Below are positions 11,402 to 25,500 of a DNA stretch of 64,000 bases, one piece after another. Origin of the DNA: Catajapyx aquilonaris. Its lineage: Eukaryota. Both the position numbers and the translations under genes were made by a program. The stretch covers positions 62,001-126,000 of the forward strand of contig JYFJ02000451.1 of the NCBI GenBank assembly GCA_000934665.2, in the 5' to 3' direction. Positions within the stretch are counted from its first letter, which is position 1. Every line of letters begins with the position of its first letter. The notes below the pieces were generated by a model. It saw only the letters and a program-made list of their open reading frames with translations, ran no database searches and was not told the origin of the DNA.

Positions 11402-14400
11402 ATGGCAGAGGCGGAGTGCAGTGGGACGGATCTGAACATGCCGGATGAGTCGACTGATAATTCCGGTTTGAACCCGGTGACAGGGGAGCAGATTGAGTGT
11501 GAGGGTCCCCAGGAGGCGCCGAAGGAGAATGAGTCTGATTCCACTTCTACTACTCCGCCGAAGGAGACTCCCTCCTTGGAGTGCGAGGAAGCTATGCCCG
11601 GACCAACAGAGAAGTCCATAGATGTTAGTCCGACATCAGAGACGCAGCTCTCAGCCTCTCCATCCGGTCTGGCAGTCTCGATTGGGGCACCGCCTGGGAC
11701 TGTGCCGGGATGGGACAGCGTCAGGTGCATATTTTGCGAGCAAGATATCTACTCGTCCAACCCGAGGCTTATGCTCTGCCTTCACACCGCTTGCTCGGCA
11801 TGCTTTTTTGCAAAGACCAGTGACCAGGAGGCAAAGGCTGACCTTGAGGTCTTGGGTGAGTAGCTGTTGCTTTAACATAATGTGTTGCATGTTGTAAGAG
11901 CATTGATCACGTGACCAACTGAGACTTCTAACATCATTTCAAGCCAGGAACTTGTACTTCTCAGACGTAACTTTGGGCTTTGACCCTTTGGGAATATTTT
12001 AAAAACTTGGTTGAGACTTTTGCAATGTGGATAAAGAATTTCTATAAAACGATGTATACATCAAAGTCATTGACATCATTATCAGGAGTGATATTTATTT
12101 GTGGCAGCATTTATAATGACAGCTTAGAGCTTGGTGTACAGAGTACAGTACCAGTAAAAAGTATTTGACTTTTGATCTGCATTTCAATGCAACTTCTTGC
12201 ACCAACTGTAATAAATAATAATGAGTTTCTCCTGGTATGAAAGCAGTGAACGTGTGACTAGGCAAAGTGGTTCTTTCTATTTCTTGTTCATAGGAGATGC
12301 GATGAATGCAAAAACAGAACCCACAGACACGTATGCGCATATGCAGTTTTAAGTACAACTCAGTTCATTGCTTTTTTTTCAATTTGTTTTTTGAGAGTTG
12401 AAACTTTTGCTACGAGAAAGAATGTGCAAGTTTAGTGCTGGGGAAGGGTTCATCAAATAAAACATCCTGTTGGTAGGCTCTCCAGGCAACTTGTTGAATT
12501 GAGCATTGATGATGTGTGTGTGTGGGTGACTCTATTTTCCAGTTGATGATAACATGGTGTAATATCACATTACACTTGGTACACTACTGACAGGTGCAAA
12601 CAATTTTGCACCCTAAAGATTGATTAGATGGCTCGAGGAATAAATTTAAATCGAATGGCCACCCATTACCTTGGACTAATGTGAGTTCCAGTGTATGTGG
12701 TGTTAAGTGTTGCCATGGGAACATTGATGAAATGGCAATTTGTTAGTATCGTACGGCAGTTTGCCATGTTCTTTGAATTAATGATGTGCATAACGCATGA
12801 ATGTGGGGTGCTTGTGGGATAGCTACGCAGAAGGTACAAATGGTGAAGCTGTTACATAGTTAGAAGATTACACACGGTTTCAAAGAGGAACACTAATGAG
12901 AAATAATAGACGAATAAAATTATGAACAAAAACGAGAGAAAGCATAGAGCAGCTATTTTTTGTTATTCAGCAAAGATTTTTGTGAAAAAAATGCATAACG
13001 ATATTAACTGAAAAATTCCAGGTGGGATTTCAAAATAATGAGCTTAGATAGTACATACATGCTTGTAGTTGATTAATTTATTTAAGTCCAATAAATGAGG
13101 TTTTGAGAGGTCTTTTGATAGCTAGTCAGTTGAATGCAGATATAACAGACTTCAAGGGACTGTGGAAATCAGTCTGTTATAACCAAGGTCTGTTATAGCC
13201 GAGGATGTAATTATATCAGGATTCAACTGTATTAATTTCCTGACTCGGAATGGCCATTCGGCTGCAACCTGTTAGTTTCCCAGAGTGTTCTGTTACTAAC
13301 CAGTGTCCTTGGCTTTGTACTTATATTTCAGACAGAGAAAGAGTTTTGACAGGTGTCAGTTGTCCTTGCAGACTAGAAAATTCAAATGACACTTAAAAAT
13401 TTCATGTGGCATGACCCATTTGTTTCTAAATACGAATACACTGTTTTCTTTACAGAACGCAACCTGATATGCCCCAAGTGCAAAGTGTGCACAGCATTTG
13501 ACTGCATCATTGAGAACCAGTTTCTCCAGGAAGTACTGGCCGAGCAGGGTGGTCCTCCAGATGACTCGGGTAGTGGTGGTGCTGGAGGCACAAGCCAAAA
13601 TAGCTGCAGCTGTGAGGACAATGCACCTGTGACCAGCTGGTGTGTTGAATGTGCTGACTATCTGTGTGATGGATGTGTCCAGGCCCACCAAAGGGTCAAG
13701 GTCACCAAAGACCATATCATCAAATCCAAGGAAGAGGCCAGGGCGGACCCTACTCAAATGACCGGAGGGACGCCTTTGAATCTCTACTGCTCTGTTCACA
13801 AGCAGGTAAGTGTCACATACGCTGCCAGGCAGCACCTTGATGGAAGTTTTAAAAGCAATAGAAATACCAGTTTTGAAACCTAACTAACCTGTCAAGAAGC
13901 AAATTTACTTTTTCATATGATGTAATTGGGAATAAACTCAATCAAAAACTTCACGTAAGTGCCACGTTTCTGCAATCCTCTTTGTAGTTCATGTGGATTA
14001 TTATTTCCAATGCAATCCCTGTATTTTTATGGTATAGAAAATACTTTTCTGCAACTGTAGTGAAAAGGGAACCATCCTTTCACATGCCAAGGAAAACTGT
14101 ATCGAGTAGTAAGCTAGTGGTTTCACTTTAGTGTCTCAGATAATGTGCTCGTGACACTTTGATTATACATTTTAGGTGTATTGGTATTTTTAGCTTGTAG
14201 ATTGATTCAGCCTCGAGTTGTAGAAGTTTGGCGGAGAGTAATTTTCCAACCAGAGGAGGGTGTCAAGATAGAGAACCCTGGTCAAAGTTTCATTACTAAT
14301 TATAACTGCTGCCTTTAGAGCTCAATCTGAGATTTAGGGAAGTTATTTATCATTTGTTATAGTTTCCATTTCCTTGACAAGAAGTTCAAGTGGCATTGAC

Positions 14401-17400
14401 AAAGCAAGGATCAATGTTTAAAGAAAGAAAAATCAATTTTGTCAATAGTATTAAACTGAAATATTCATAGGTGAAGCACTGCTTTTGAAGCACTGTCAAC
14501 TAGGGGAAATGCAACCTGAAATTTTCTGATCAATTTCCAGAAGCAGTAACAGAAATAGGGGCGCATCTTCATTGATTTGAAATCAAGGGGGTAACCCCAC
14601 TCCCCAAAAGAGTGTACACCAGTTCCTGGAACCTGTACACCTGTTCCATGAAGTGGTTACCCCCCCTCATTTGAAATGCCATTCAAAGAGGCATACCCAT
14701 CATGGAACTGAAAAGGCATCATATTAAGAATGTCACCAAAGGTGTAATGTTACTCGAGTAGAACTTTATACGTGGTAAAAATTGCCCAGAAGGAGAGTGA
14801 AGGTGGGCCTGTAGGCATATTTTAAGTTTTTGACCACCTTGCCCCAACCCCCAAAACTATAATAGTTATTTCAGGAGTGAAGCTGATTAGTTCTCAGTAG
14901 ACTTGATTGGCCTTCTCGTCATCCCTCATTAGGAAAAACTGAGCCTCTTCTGTGAGACTTGCGACAAGCTCACCTGCCGAGACTGCCAGCTGACTGACCA
15001 CCGTGAGCACAGATACAAATTCATCAATGAGATTGCTCTTGACCTGAAGACAACAATGAAGAAACTACTGGGAGATGTTAAGTAAGTCTTGCTATCGATG
15101 CATTGTTCAGTTGCACATTTGCTCTATCTCCATTGTCATGCATATCACTTGGTTCAAGTTTTTTCTGCAGTTGAAATGTTGTATACTTTTAAATAGTGAT
15201 GGACTAGAGATGTGCATAATACTCCTAAATAATGATAGTTGCATTGTAATGAGCTGGAATGCACTTAATTAACTCTGCTCCTGAACACCAGGTTTAAGCG
15301 TGACTTGCTGGAGGGGGCCCAGGCGGTGATCCATAAAAGGCAAGCCACAATTGGGGACAGGAAGAAAGATGCTGTGCAGGATATCACTGATATGGTTCTG
15401 AGGTAAGTCTTGTTTCATAAAGGTGATGGTGGAACTAGCCGTGAAGGGCCCTGCGTCAGAATGCTATGAGTGACTCCTTTTTGAATATCAGGCATGTCTC
15501 ATACCTTTGTCGGATTTAGTGCATATTACATTTTAACCTACCTTTCATTAAGCCGAACCACCTGAGTTACCTAGTTCTGCCCCTGATGCCAATCATCCCA
15601 AGGTATTTATCAACTGCATCTCCTTTTGCAGCTTGACAAATGCAATCCGAAGTCGTGGAAAGCAGCTGATGCAGCACCTTAATGAGGTGTGCGACTTGAA
15701 GCAGCAAAAACTCCTGGAGAAGAAGAATGCAATAGCTGACCTTAGTCAGCAGGCCCAGCATTCTATTGACTTCATTGAAAATGCCCTTGAGCGGGGAAGT
15801 GACATGGCTCTGCTCTTTTGTAAGAAGATCCTTGTTAACAACCTGCAGCGGATTAAGCAGACTCAGATGCACGTACCAAACCCAGACATCCCAGTCAGGA
15901 TACAGCTTATGAGGGAATCCCTTCCGAAAGTTATTTATGGTGAGCCAATCACAATGGAGATTCTTTCCCTGTGACAGTTTGTTCTTAGGAAGGAATTGCA
16001 TGCATGCAACAATGTTCCCATTGTTCTGTTATTTTTTATTTCATTCCAGTCTTGAACAATGTCTGCCATGTAGAAGTTGATGGTCGTGCCTACCCTCCAA
16101 GGAACGCTACGAATACACAGCCACCTCGACAGCAGCTTCAAGCCAATCAGCAGCAACCGCAGCAGCAACAACAACAACAACAGCAGCAGCAACAGCAACA
16201 ACAACAACAGCAACAGCAGCAACAGCAACAACAGCATGCTGCTGGAGTAGCAGCAGCAGCAATGCAGCAGTATGCCATCTCGCAACGTCCACCTCCCCCT
16301 TCTTATTCCCAATTGCAGCAGAAGCCGCAACAACAGCAGCAACAGCAACAACAACAACAGGTACATCAACAGCAACTGCAACAGCCACCCAGCCTACTTC
16401 GCATAGGTGGGATGCATCAGTTGCATGCCCTGAACCAATTGCGTGCAACTGCAGCTGCACAACAACAGCAACAGCAACAGCAACAGGTTTATGCTCCGAA
16501 CCAAGTTTCAAGTTCCACACACCCAACGCATGTGGGAATGTTTCCTCCACAGATTAGAGGGGGTGCAGGACCAATTTCACCCAATGTCGTTAATGTCGCC
16601 CGAACTATTATGCCCAAGGTTTGTAAGCACTAATTATCTCTCGTTTGTTCCTGGATCATTTCTGCTTTTGCATGCCCATCCACTGCTGGACTGCAATAAA
16701 GCTACTTCTAGCTTCAAGTAAAGTGTATGAATTAATGGCACTCTTGATCAGAACTTTTTTTTAAATATTTCATTGTTATTTATAGGCCATGGGATATAAC
16801 AGTTTCATTTGTTAGTCTTTTGTAGTAGAGGATTTGAATAAGGAGGATGAAATGTGTAGGTTAGTTGATGCATTGATTTAAATTGGTGGAAATTTTAATA
16901 AAATAAAATTGCAGGTTACCCCTTAGTTTCATGCCAGCAGCTGCAGCACACAATGAGTCATAAGTTAATGCATTATGTATGTGCAAATGGATTACTGCTC
17001 AGTTGCATTCTTCAGTTCCTATGGCACATTGTTCTCTCATGAAGTGTGCGTAAGACTGCAACCAAGGTGTATAGAGCTGTTAGGTGGCAGCGGTTCCCCG
17101 TTTTTGAGCTACTGCGCAGATCGGCAGCTTGTGTGGAGCAAGAATAGTTAGAGCCATCCGGAGTAGCCCCTTTGAGAGAGTTGACGCGCTCTGAGGAAAC
17201 ACAGCATCTCTGTTTCCTCAGCAGCGCCAAAAGAGCACTCACTCCGTGCAGGCAACCACTGCCACCTATTCACTATACACCTTTACTGCAACTCTTGTTT
17301 TAAATCTTGGATTTGCTTCCAACAGTGCGGAAATTTTATGCACTGAAAATGTCATGCTACACACTTTGTCCATGTCCTTTCTTGTAATATGCTTTTTGCA

Positions 17401-19827
17401 TGTTCCATCTAAGCATTTTTTACAATTGCTGACTCCTAACCCTTGATAGCAACCTCAAACTTAACGACGGGTATTCCATTGTAAGTGGTCGGAGAGATAG
17501 TGGAATGGAGCAACAGCTGCCAAGAATGCTTGGATGCAGTCATGTTATTTGCTCAACCATTATAATTGGAAGGGCTTTGTGAGAAGACAGATTTTCTGAT
17601 GCCTTTGAAGTAGCGGAGCATAATACAATAAAAATTGGTTAACACATATCACCAGAACTATTGAAGTCAATAATTAACAGGCAAAGGATATAGCATTATT
17701 GCAACCTAACCGAGCCATACCCATTTCTTTTTCATCCAAACACGGCTCATTTGCCATTCGTTATAACTCGGCAGCCTGAATCCTGAAAATAATGATTGTG
17801 GTAGAGGTTGCATCAAGTAAACACCATGTCCCCACCATACCGTGATTAGACACGTGTCTGTAATGTAACATCTTTGGTTTCTGCGTATGCTTTTCAATTA
17901 ATTTGTGTTGAGTATGAGAAACCCATAGAGTAGCCTACAAAATATTTTGGCAGAATGGAGTGACTTCAGGATAGACAAATTTCACTGTGGTGATTTATTG
18001 GATGTGCAAGGGTATGGTTAAGTAGATCTGCCAAATATTTGACTGACAATTCAACCTTTTCCTGCAGGTGAGCCTTCCTAATGCCACCACTGCAGCCCTC
18101 CGCACTGCACAGGAATACCAGATGCGCGCCCTAGCTGGTCGTCAGGGTCAGATGTTTGGCACCGTTCGCATTCACCAAGGCGGTGCAGTGGGGCCCAGTC
18201 CCGCCAGACCGGTCACCACTGGCTCTGCTCCTTCCACCATTGTCCGCAGTCCCAATGTGCAAGTAGTTCCAGCAGCCCAGGTTCCATCAAATCCACCGCC
18301 ACATTCTTGGCACATACCCCAGACTACAAATGCACAGAGCAATGCCTTTGGGCTTGGAACCAGTGTTGTGTCAGCACCTGTTGACAATAGCTTTAAGATC
18401 ACCATCAAGGCAAATCACACATCACCATCGCAGTCGCCTGGTGCATCATCGACTTCGTCAAGTGGGGTTGGAGCTGCAGCAGTTACTGGACAAGAAGCTG
18501 CAAAGGCACAGGTGGTGACATCGTCACAGCCGAGGGCCACTCCAAGTCCAGGCAGCAGTGGCGGTGGACAGGGTAGTAACAGTGGCGGTGGGGGTGGAGA
18601 CGAGGACGATGAAACGAAGCTGGATAAATTTTGCCAGGAAAGTGTGAATGACTTGATGGCCACCATTGCCAGGCTCAATGACATAGGAGTCACAGCTGTG
18701 AGGACTTCAACCGAGACATCGGGGGTTGGTAGTGGAACTACAAATGGTGTGGGAGAAGGTGCAGATAGCTCCACTGAGGAGCAGTCCAGTGTGACCATTG
18801 CGCCTCAGAGTAAGTGCTCTCCGTGTTGCTTGATATCTTAAAACTCTGAAAAGGTGTCCGATATTCTGAACTTCTGTGCTCAACATTGCCTACATGGCTC
18901 TAAATTTATTTGTAGGCCACTCTCCGCCAGAAGTAAGTTCAGCCCCACGCCCTGACTCTGAGGTAGACTCGGATGGCTCATCCCTGCAGAAAGATGATCC
19001 TAATGAAGACTGGTGTGCAGTGTGCATGGATGGTGGTGACCTGATTTGCTGTGACAAGTGCCCGAAGGTGTTTCATGCCAACTGCCACATACCGCTTTTG
19101 AAAGAAGTGCCACAAGACACCTGGCAGTGCATGCTGTGCACACCAATGGAGGATGTCGTCAACACGCCTGTCCCCTTGGGGTCAAAGAGGCCCAGGTCCA
19201 TGGACCAAAGGGAGAGGAGAGTTTCGCAGAGGTTGCTTCTTGAGCTGTACTGCCAATATGAGTACAGTCTACCATTCAGGAACATTGTTCCCTCAGATGT
19301 AAGTATCTTACGCTGATGGATTACTTAGAATGTAAGCAAATTGTGGGTTGGAAGGCCGTACTACATGTGGTTTTGCTTCCAGCTGTGCAAAGAGTACCAT
19401 GCGGTGATAAAGCGTCCCATGGCACTGGAACTGATCAAAGCCAAGCTTGATCCCAGGGACTCCCACCAATATGCAACCCTGAAGGACTTCCTCTCGGATG
19501 TGAGGCTGATGTTTGAGAATGCATATGTATTCAATGAGGTGAGGACTGATTTGTTTGTTGCCCATGTCTTTTATGATATTGTCTGTCATCAGTTGATTAG
19601 CGGCTTTCTGGAAATGTGGGAGTAAGTTTATATGTAAATCTTGTTTACCTTTGCAGAAGGGAAGCTCGGTTTACCAAGATGCAAAAGTGCTTGAAGAGTT
19701 CTTTGACCAGTTCGTGGAAAATTGGCTCCCTGAGCACAAGTGCAAGTACGATTCAGCTGATGATGATGGAGACTCATCTGATGGTGGTCATAGTAGTGCT
19801 GGGAAGCGCTCGAGGAAGACTTTATAA
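11402..19827 (+). CDS. bon: TIF1-family TRIM protein (TRIM24/28/33-like; Drosophila bonus ortholog): RING, two B-boxes, coiled coil, polyQ, PHD, bromodomain; ~1130 aa
   Basis: Exons 11402-11855, 13456-13805, 14933-15081, 15292-15402, 15632-15939, 16050-16618, 18068-18809, 18916-19298, 19383-19538, 19657-19827; all GT-AG, total 3393 nt. RING CIFC..CLHTACSAC..CPKC; B-boxes WCVECADYLCDGCVQAHQRVKVTKDH and LFCETCDKLTCRDCQLTDHREH; PHD NEDWCAVCMDGGDLICCDKCPKVFH; bromodomain YHAVIKRPMAL...DVRLMFENAYVFN. Confidence 0.95.
13127..13229. mobile_element. Small Tc1/mariner (pogo/Tigger-like) MITE remnant in bonus intron 1
   Basis: 19-bp TIR CAGTTGAATGCAGATATAA versus reverse complement CAGTTGAATCCTGATATAA (2 mismatches). 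TA is present on the right flank but not intact on the left. Confidence 0.6.
14584..14667. mobile_element. Short dispersed TIR element, copy 1 (related to 33786-33930 in opposite orientation)
   Basis: Ends CAAGGGGGTAAC...GTTACCCCC. Internal blocks AGTGTACACCAGTTCCTGGAACC and TGTACACCTGTTCCATGAAGTGGTTACCCCC match the reverse complement of 33786-33930. Confidence 0.65.
16148..16485 (+). repeat. Coding CAG/CAA polyglutamine tracts in bonus exon 6
   Basis: Three mixed CAG/CAA runs translate as polyQ in the 16004-16633 ORF. Confidence 0.95.
17013..17291 (-). ncRNA. Candidate structured non-coding RNA, antisense within bonus intron 6
   Basis: Nested helices 17056-17074/17273-17291, 17081-17100/17249-17268, 17159-17164/17241-17246, 17166-17174/17228-17236 and 17186-17201/17211-17227, plus side hairpin 17107-17129. 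Eight A.C mismatches on + are G.U pairs on -. GC-richer than the surrounding intron; no TSD seen. Confidence 0.65.
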
Positions 19828-20204
19828 AGGGAACTGAACATCATTCCACAAAACTTGCGACAAAAGGGACTAATTTCGGCATATATCATCTCATTTCAGT
19901 CTGTTTTTTTAGCACCGACTTTTGGGAACTTTTTTTATGTTGTTACCACAAGAAATCTTTGCTATATTTGAAGTCTACAACGGGACAAGAGATTTTTAAT
20001 TTGTTAGGCAGTGTGAGGTGTTAACGCTATATTAGGTATAATTATTTGGACTGAATTTTTTTGAGTGACACCTGATACTGGGAAACTATATCATACTGCC
20101 ATTTGTACAGATAGTGATGAATGATAATGATAGTCTGTTAGATTGTCTGAATTATTATTTGTTTTCTCTATTTGCATTGCATTATGTCAGCAACATGAAA
20201 TGCA

Positions 20205-21520
<1,316 letters not shown>

Positions 21521-22568
21521 CTCTGCTGGAGCCAAGCCAACCGGCTAAATGGCCAGCAAGATTATTATTGTTGTTGTTGGCTATTAATATGTTATTTGGA
21601 AGGATAGTGTTCTACACGGTTCTACACCGTTCTACATACATTCCACATATAAAAATATTTTCTAGAGTTCCTAATTATACCAGCAATTATGATGATAAGA
21701 CTATGCGCTAATTACCTTTTTGGAAGTATTCCTTCAAAGCTCCCCTCAAGAAATACGAATTTTACAGCCTGAAACTTGGCAAAAAAATATGTGCAAAAAC
21801 TTCCAGTAAAATGATGACGATAGCAAACGATCGCATCGTCAACAACTACGTTACTACCCCGCAGCAGCTATTTAGCTAATATTACCTCGAATGGGTGCGT
21901 CTTTTCGTCCAAAGTTCCGTAACGTACGAGTAAAATATTATGTGATTTACCCAGAATTATTTTGGCAATTTAATGACCGTGCTAAGTACAATTGCGCATC
22001 ATTTCACGGGATATAAAACCGGAATCGGGTGCATGGCTAAGCTAATATCTGGCATATTAGTTACGTAATCGCGGATGTGGCCGGTATTAACTTATCGCTT
22101 TTTAATTATGATTACGCGTAATTTTAAACTCGTGTTACACGCACGGTGTGATTGTAATTACGGGTGTTAATTGTGAAACGGTGTTACGTTTACAAGTCCT
22201 GTTCCGCCCCCCCTTGGAAGGAACAAGCAGGCAATTTCAGTGTGGTTGTGAGAAGGGGACGGATCAGTCGGCAAGTGGTTGTCGAGCAGGGCGCTTGTGA
22301 CGATGCTCGCATCCGGGTTGGAATAGAGTGGCCCTCCTCCTCCTCTTCCTCTCTGTTCTCTGCCGCATCCACCAACCCTTCCAACACCGGGGAGAAGAAC
22401 AGATCACGATGAGGTTCGAAGGAACCAGGAAGTGCGCCTAAAGGAACGTGTAGTGTTCGGGGATTGTAAAGTGTCGCCATTTCCCTCCAACCGCCGCGCC
22501 GCCGATTTGTTTTGAAAAAAAGAAGAGTAAAGTGTTAGTGATTTGTGCGAAGCAAGAGTGAGATGAAG

Positions 22569-25500
22569 ATGGGTTTGCTGCCTCTGGAGTACACAGACTG
22601 CCTGACGGACAGCCCGTACTTTCGGGAGAATTTGCACGCCCATGAGAAGGAGCTGGAAAAGACCAGCCAGCACATCAAGGGGCTCATCAAGGATGTTAAG
22701 GATCTGCTCAGCGCTGCCAGGAGTAAGTATTTCGACAAAGATGGGGGTTTAATCTAATCCTAAAGATTGCAGAGGTAACAAGTAAATATGTTAAGTATGG
22801 TTGGATGATAAAACTCAGAACAACTGTTAGATTACATGTGAATTTTATGGATTAACTACTGGTTCTGGGTTTATCGTCGTCAACTGGCCCTGATATCACC
22901 CATCAGAGGCCAGCAGGAATGTGCTGACCAATCAGAAATAAGGGAACGGTATCAGAAACTTACTACTTTAACCAATCAGATGGTTAAACTTAAAGTAGTA
23001 AGTTTCTGATACTTCTGATTGGCTAAAGGAGTAGTTTCTGATACTTCTGATTGGCTAAAGGAGTCGTTTCTGATACTTCTGATTGGCTAAAGTAGTAAGT
23101 TTTTGATGTCTTATATCAGTATTAGAAACTTAGTCAACCAATCAAAAATAAGGTGTCAGAAACTTACTCCTTTAACCAATCAGAATCATCCGAAACTTAA
23201 CCAATCAAAACTAAGGTGTTGGAATCTTACTCCTCAACGAATCAGAAGTATCAGAAACTTCATTACCCAATCAGAAGTTATCAGCAGCTTCTTGCTTTAA
23301 TAACTAATCAGGAGATTGAAGTAATCAGAAATTAGTAACTGCCCAACCAGGAAGAAGGTTGCAGTTATAGCATAAACAAACCGGCACTCTAGGAATAGAC
23401 GGCCCGCATAGGGCACTAGAAAGTATGGTAGGTAATAAATGGTGGGGATTTCCGTCTGTAACATGCAGGAAATGCTTGTGGTTGGTACTGTTGGTGGTTG
23501 TACCTTAAACAAAATGGGGACGAAGTGGTTGCTTGCTAAGGAAGTGCCGGAAATTGACTAATGAACTTGACAGGCATGGTTCGCTCGGGTTTTATGCAGA
23601 CAAAAACATGGGAGAGACATTTATAGGTTAGTGAGCTAGTTATACCGGCCCTAATTTCTCCCCTGGACTTGAAGACATGCAGGGAATTCGGATGGGAGCT
23701 GCCTGGAATACCTTCCCTGTCAACAGACTGATTCCCAAACACAGCAATGCGTAAAAACTGGAGCAAACGCTGTAGCCTGCAATGGAAATGTATTTTGGAA
23801 GTTTGCCGGCTACGGTGGTAACTATGATTGGTTACAACTGGCTTGTAATTTGTAAACTTCCACTGCACTGTGCATTGGCCGCTACATGACTTCTTGAAAT
23901 CTTTCTACACTGATTAGTTGAAATCATAAGATACCAAACTTCCTGCACAATCTTGAAATAGAACCCATACAACCTGCACTTTGCCACATGGCTGGCTGTG
24001 ACACTGGACGTCATTTGATCTCCAACTGCACCGTGTGTGTGTTTTTATACGTGGCCCTGAGACTGTCCCTTTGGAGCACCGCCGAGTTACATCCTCCTAT
24101 TGAGCTTGATGGGCTCTGTGAAGACTTTATTTTCGGTGCCCCCATGTCGAGGTCACAGCTGCAACAACTTTGGCGACCACATCCAGTCAAGGAAGAAAGC
24201 TTTTGTCCTGAAAGTCACCACCTTATCTGATTCCTGTGGTTACAGTTACACACCCCAAAATGGGGGGGAAGAGCCTAGACAACAAGGGCTGCGCAGAGGA
24301 AACCAAGTCAACAAATCGTTTTCACCAGGACCAACTGATAGGTAGTCTTTATCTTAATTGACCCCGTAGACAGGAGATAGCTGCTCCCTATACAAGTTTC
24401 ACAATGAATTTGCAACGAAGCCTTGCTGCTTCAGCTGGAAACATTTCAACAATGCAACACCATGAAACAATAAATGCTGTAGTCACATACTGCTTCAGAT
24501 TTGTTGCAAATTCACCGTTTGGAGATGTACTGGACACATGCGTCCTGCAGCTCCATACCAGTCAACATCCCTGGCAGTAGTACAAAAAAGAGCGCAGGTA
24601 ATTACCAGCCCTTATGAGCCGTGTTTGCCAGCTGATGAAGTTAGCGCAGCTCATTAGTGCTGAGCAGTTGAGAGAGCTCCTATACACTTCCCAAGCCGAT
24701 AAAAGGCATGGGATGGAGAGGAAATTGAGCTGCGCCACATCTTCGCACCTGGCCGTCTGTTTTCTAAAGGCAAGGTGTGCAACATGGAGGGTGTGGTCTG
24801 TGCTGTACACTGCTGGTTTGCATCGAGTCCACACTTCCATTAATTTTGATGGCGTGGGTTTATATATAAAAAACGGATGAGAGGAGAAACGGGGCCACTG
24901 ACATTAACTGTTGGGAAAAGGAGCCAAAATTGTTTTTTCAGCTCTCTCTTCTCAGTAAATATTTGGCTTCAGAGGAAGCCCACTTTTCCGAACTTGCTTT
25001 GTTTATAGTTTTGACTGCGGTTGGGCTTCTAGCTGTTTTGGTTACACACATATTTGAAGGCCTGCTATTAAAGCGGCCTTGAGCTTGGATTCCCATAAGC
25101 TGGGAAGATACCTGGCAGTTAACAGGCACTTAACATGCGAGCTTTTCCCACTAGTGGTGGGCATAAAGGTCATGGAGAGTCTAGGGCTCTTGGCAGTTCA
25201 TCAGGGGCACACGACCAATTTCAGATCGCATTGTGGTTGTAATAGCGAGTCACGCTACAGGAAGAAAAACAGACGCAATTGCACACTTGTCGTGACATGA
25301 TGTAACGAGCATATTAAACATGAAATATGAACCACCCTGCAAGTGAGAGGATGACTTCATGCCGCTGCATTCCTGTGACTCAGGGTCCTGTCACTTTATC
25401 GAGAAAGACCATTGGCCTTGCCCCACCTCTGCTCATATTAAAACCGCCCTTAGGATTTGCTATTGTTCTGTTTTGTACTACGTCAGGTCTCTTACGTATA

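Noticed and set aside
17079..17085. ACCUAAC on the - strand as a telomerase template for (TTAGG)n
   Set aside because: Only 7 nt, mostly buried in a strong helix, and no pseudoknot was recognised. Chance is likely, though worth rechecking if the RNA is confirmed.
17186..17227. CTGAGGA in the apical hairpin as a hammerhead ribozyme core; RNase P/MRP identity for the intronic RNA
   Set aside because: The CUGANGA is fully base-paired with no downstream GAAA/NUH three-way junction, and the RNase P/MRP CR-I and CR-V motifs were not found on either strand.
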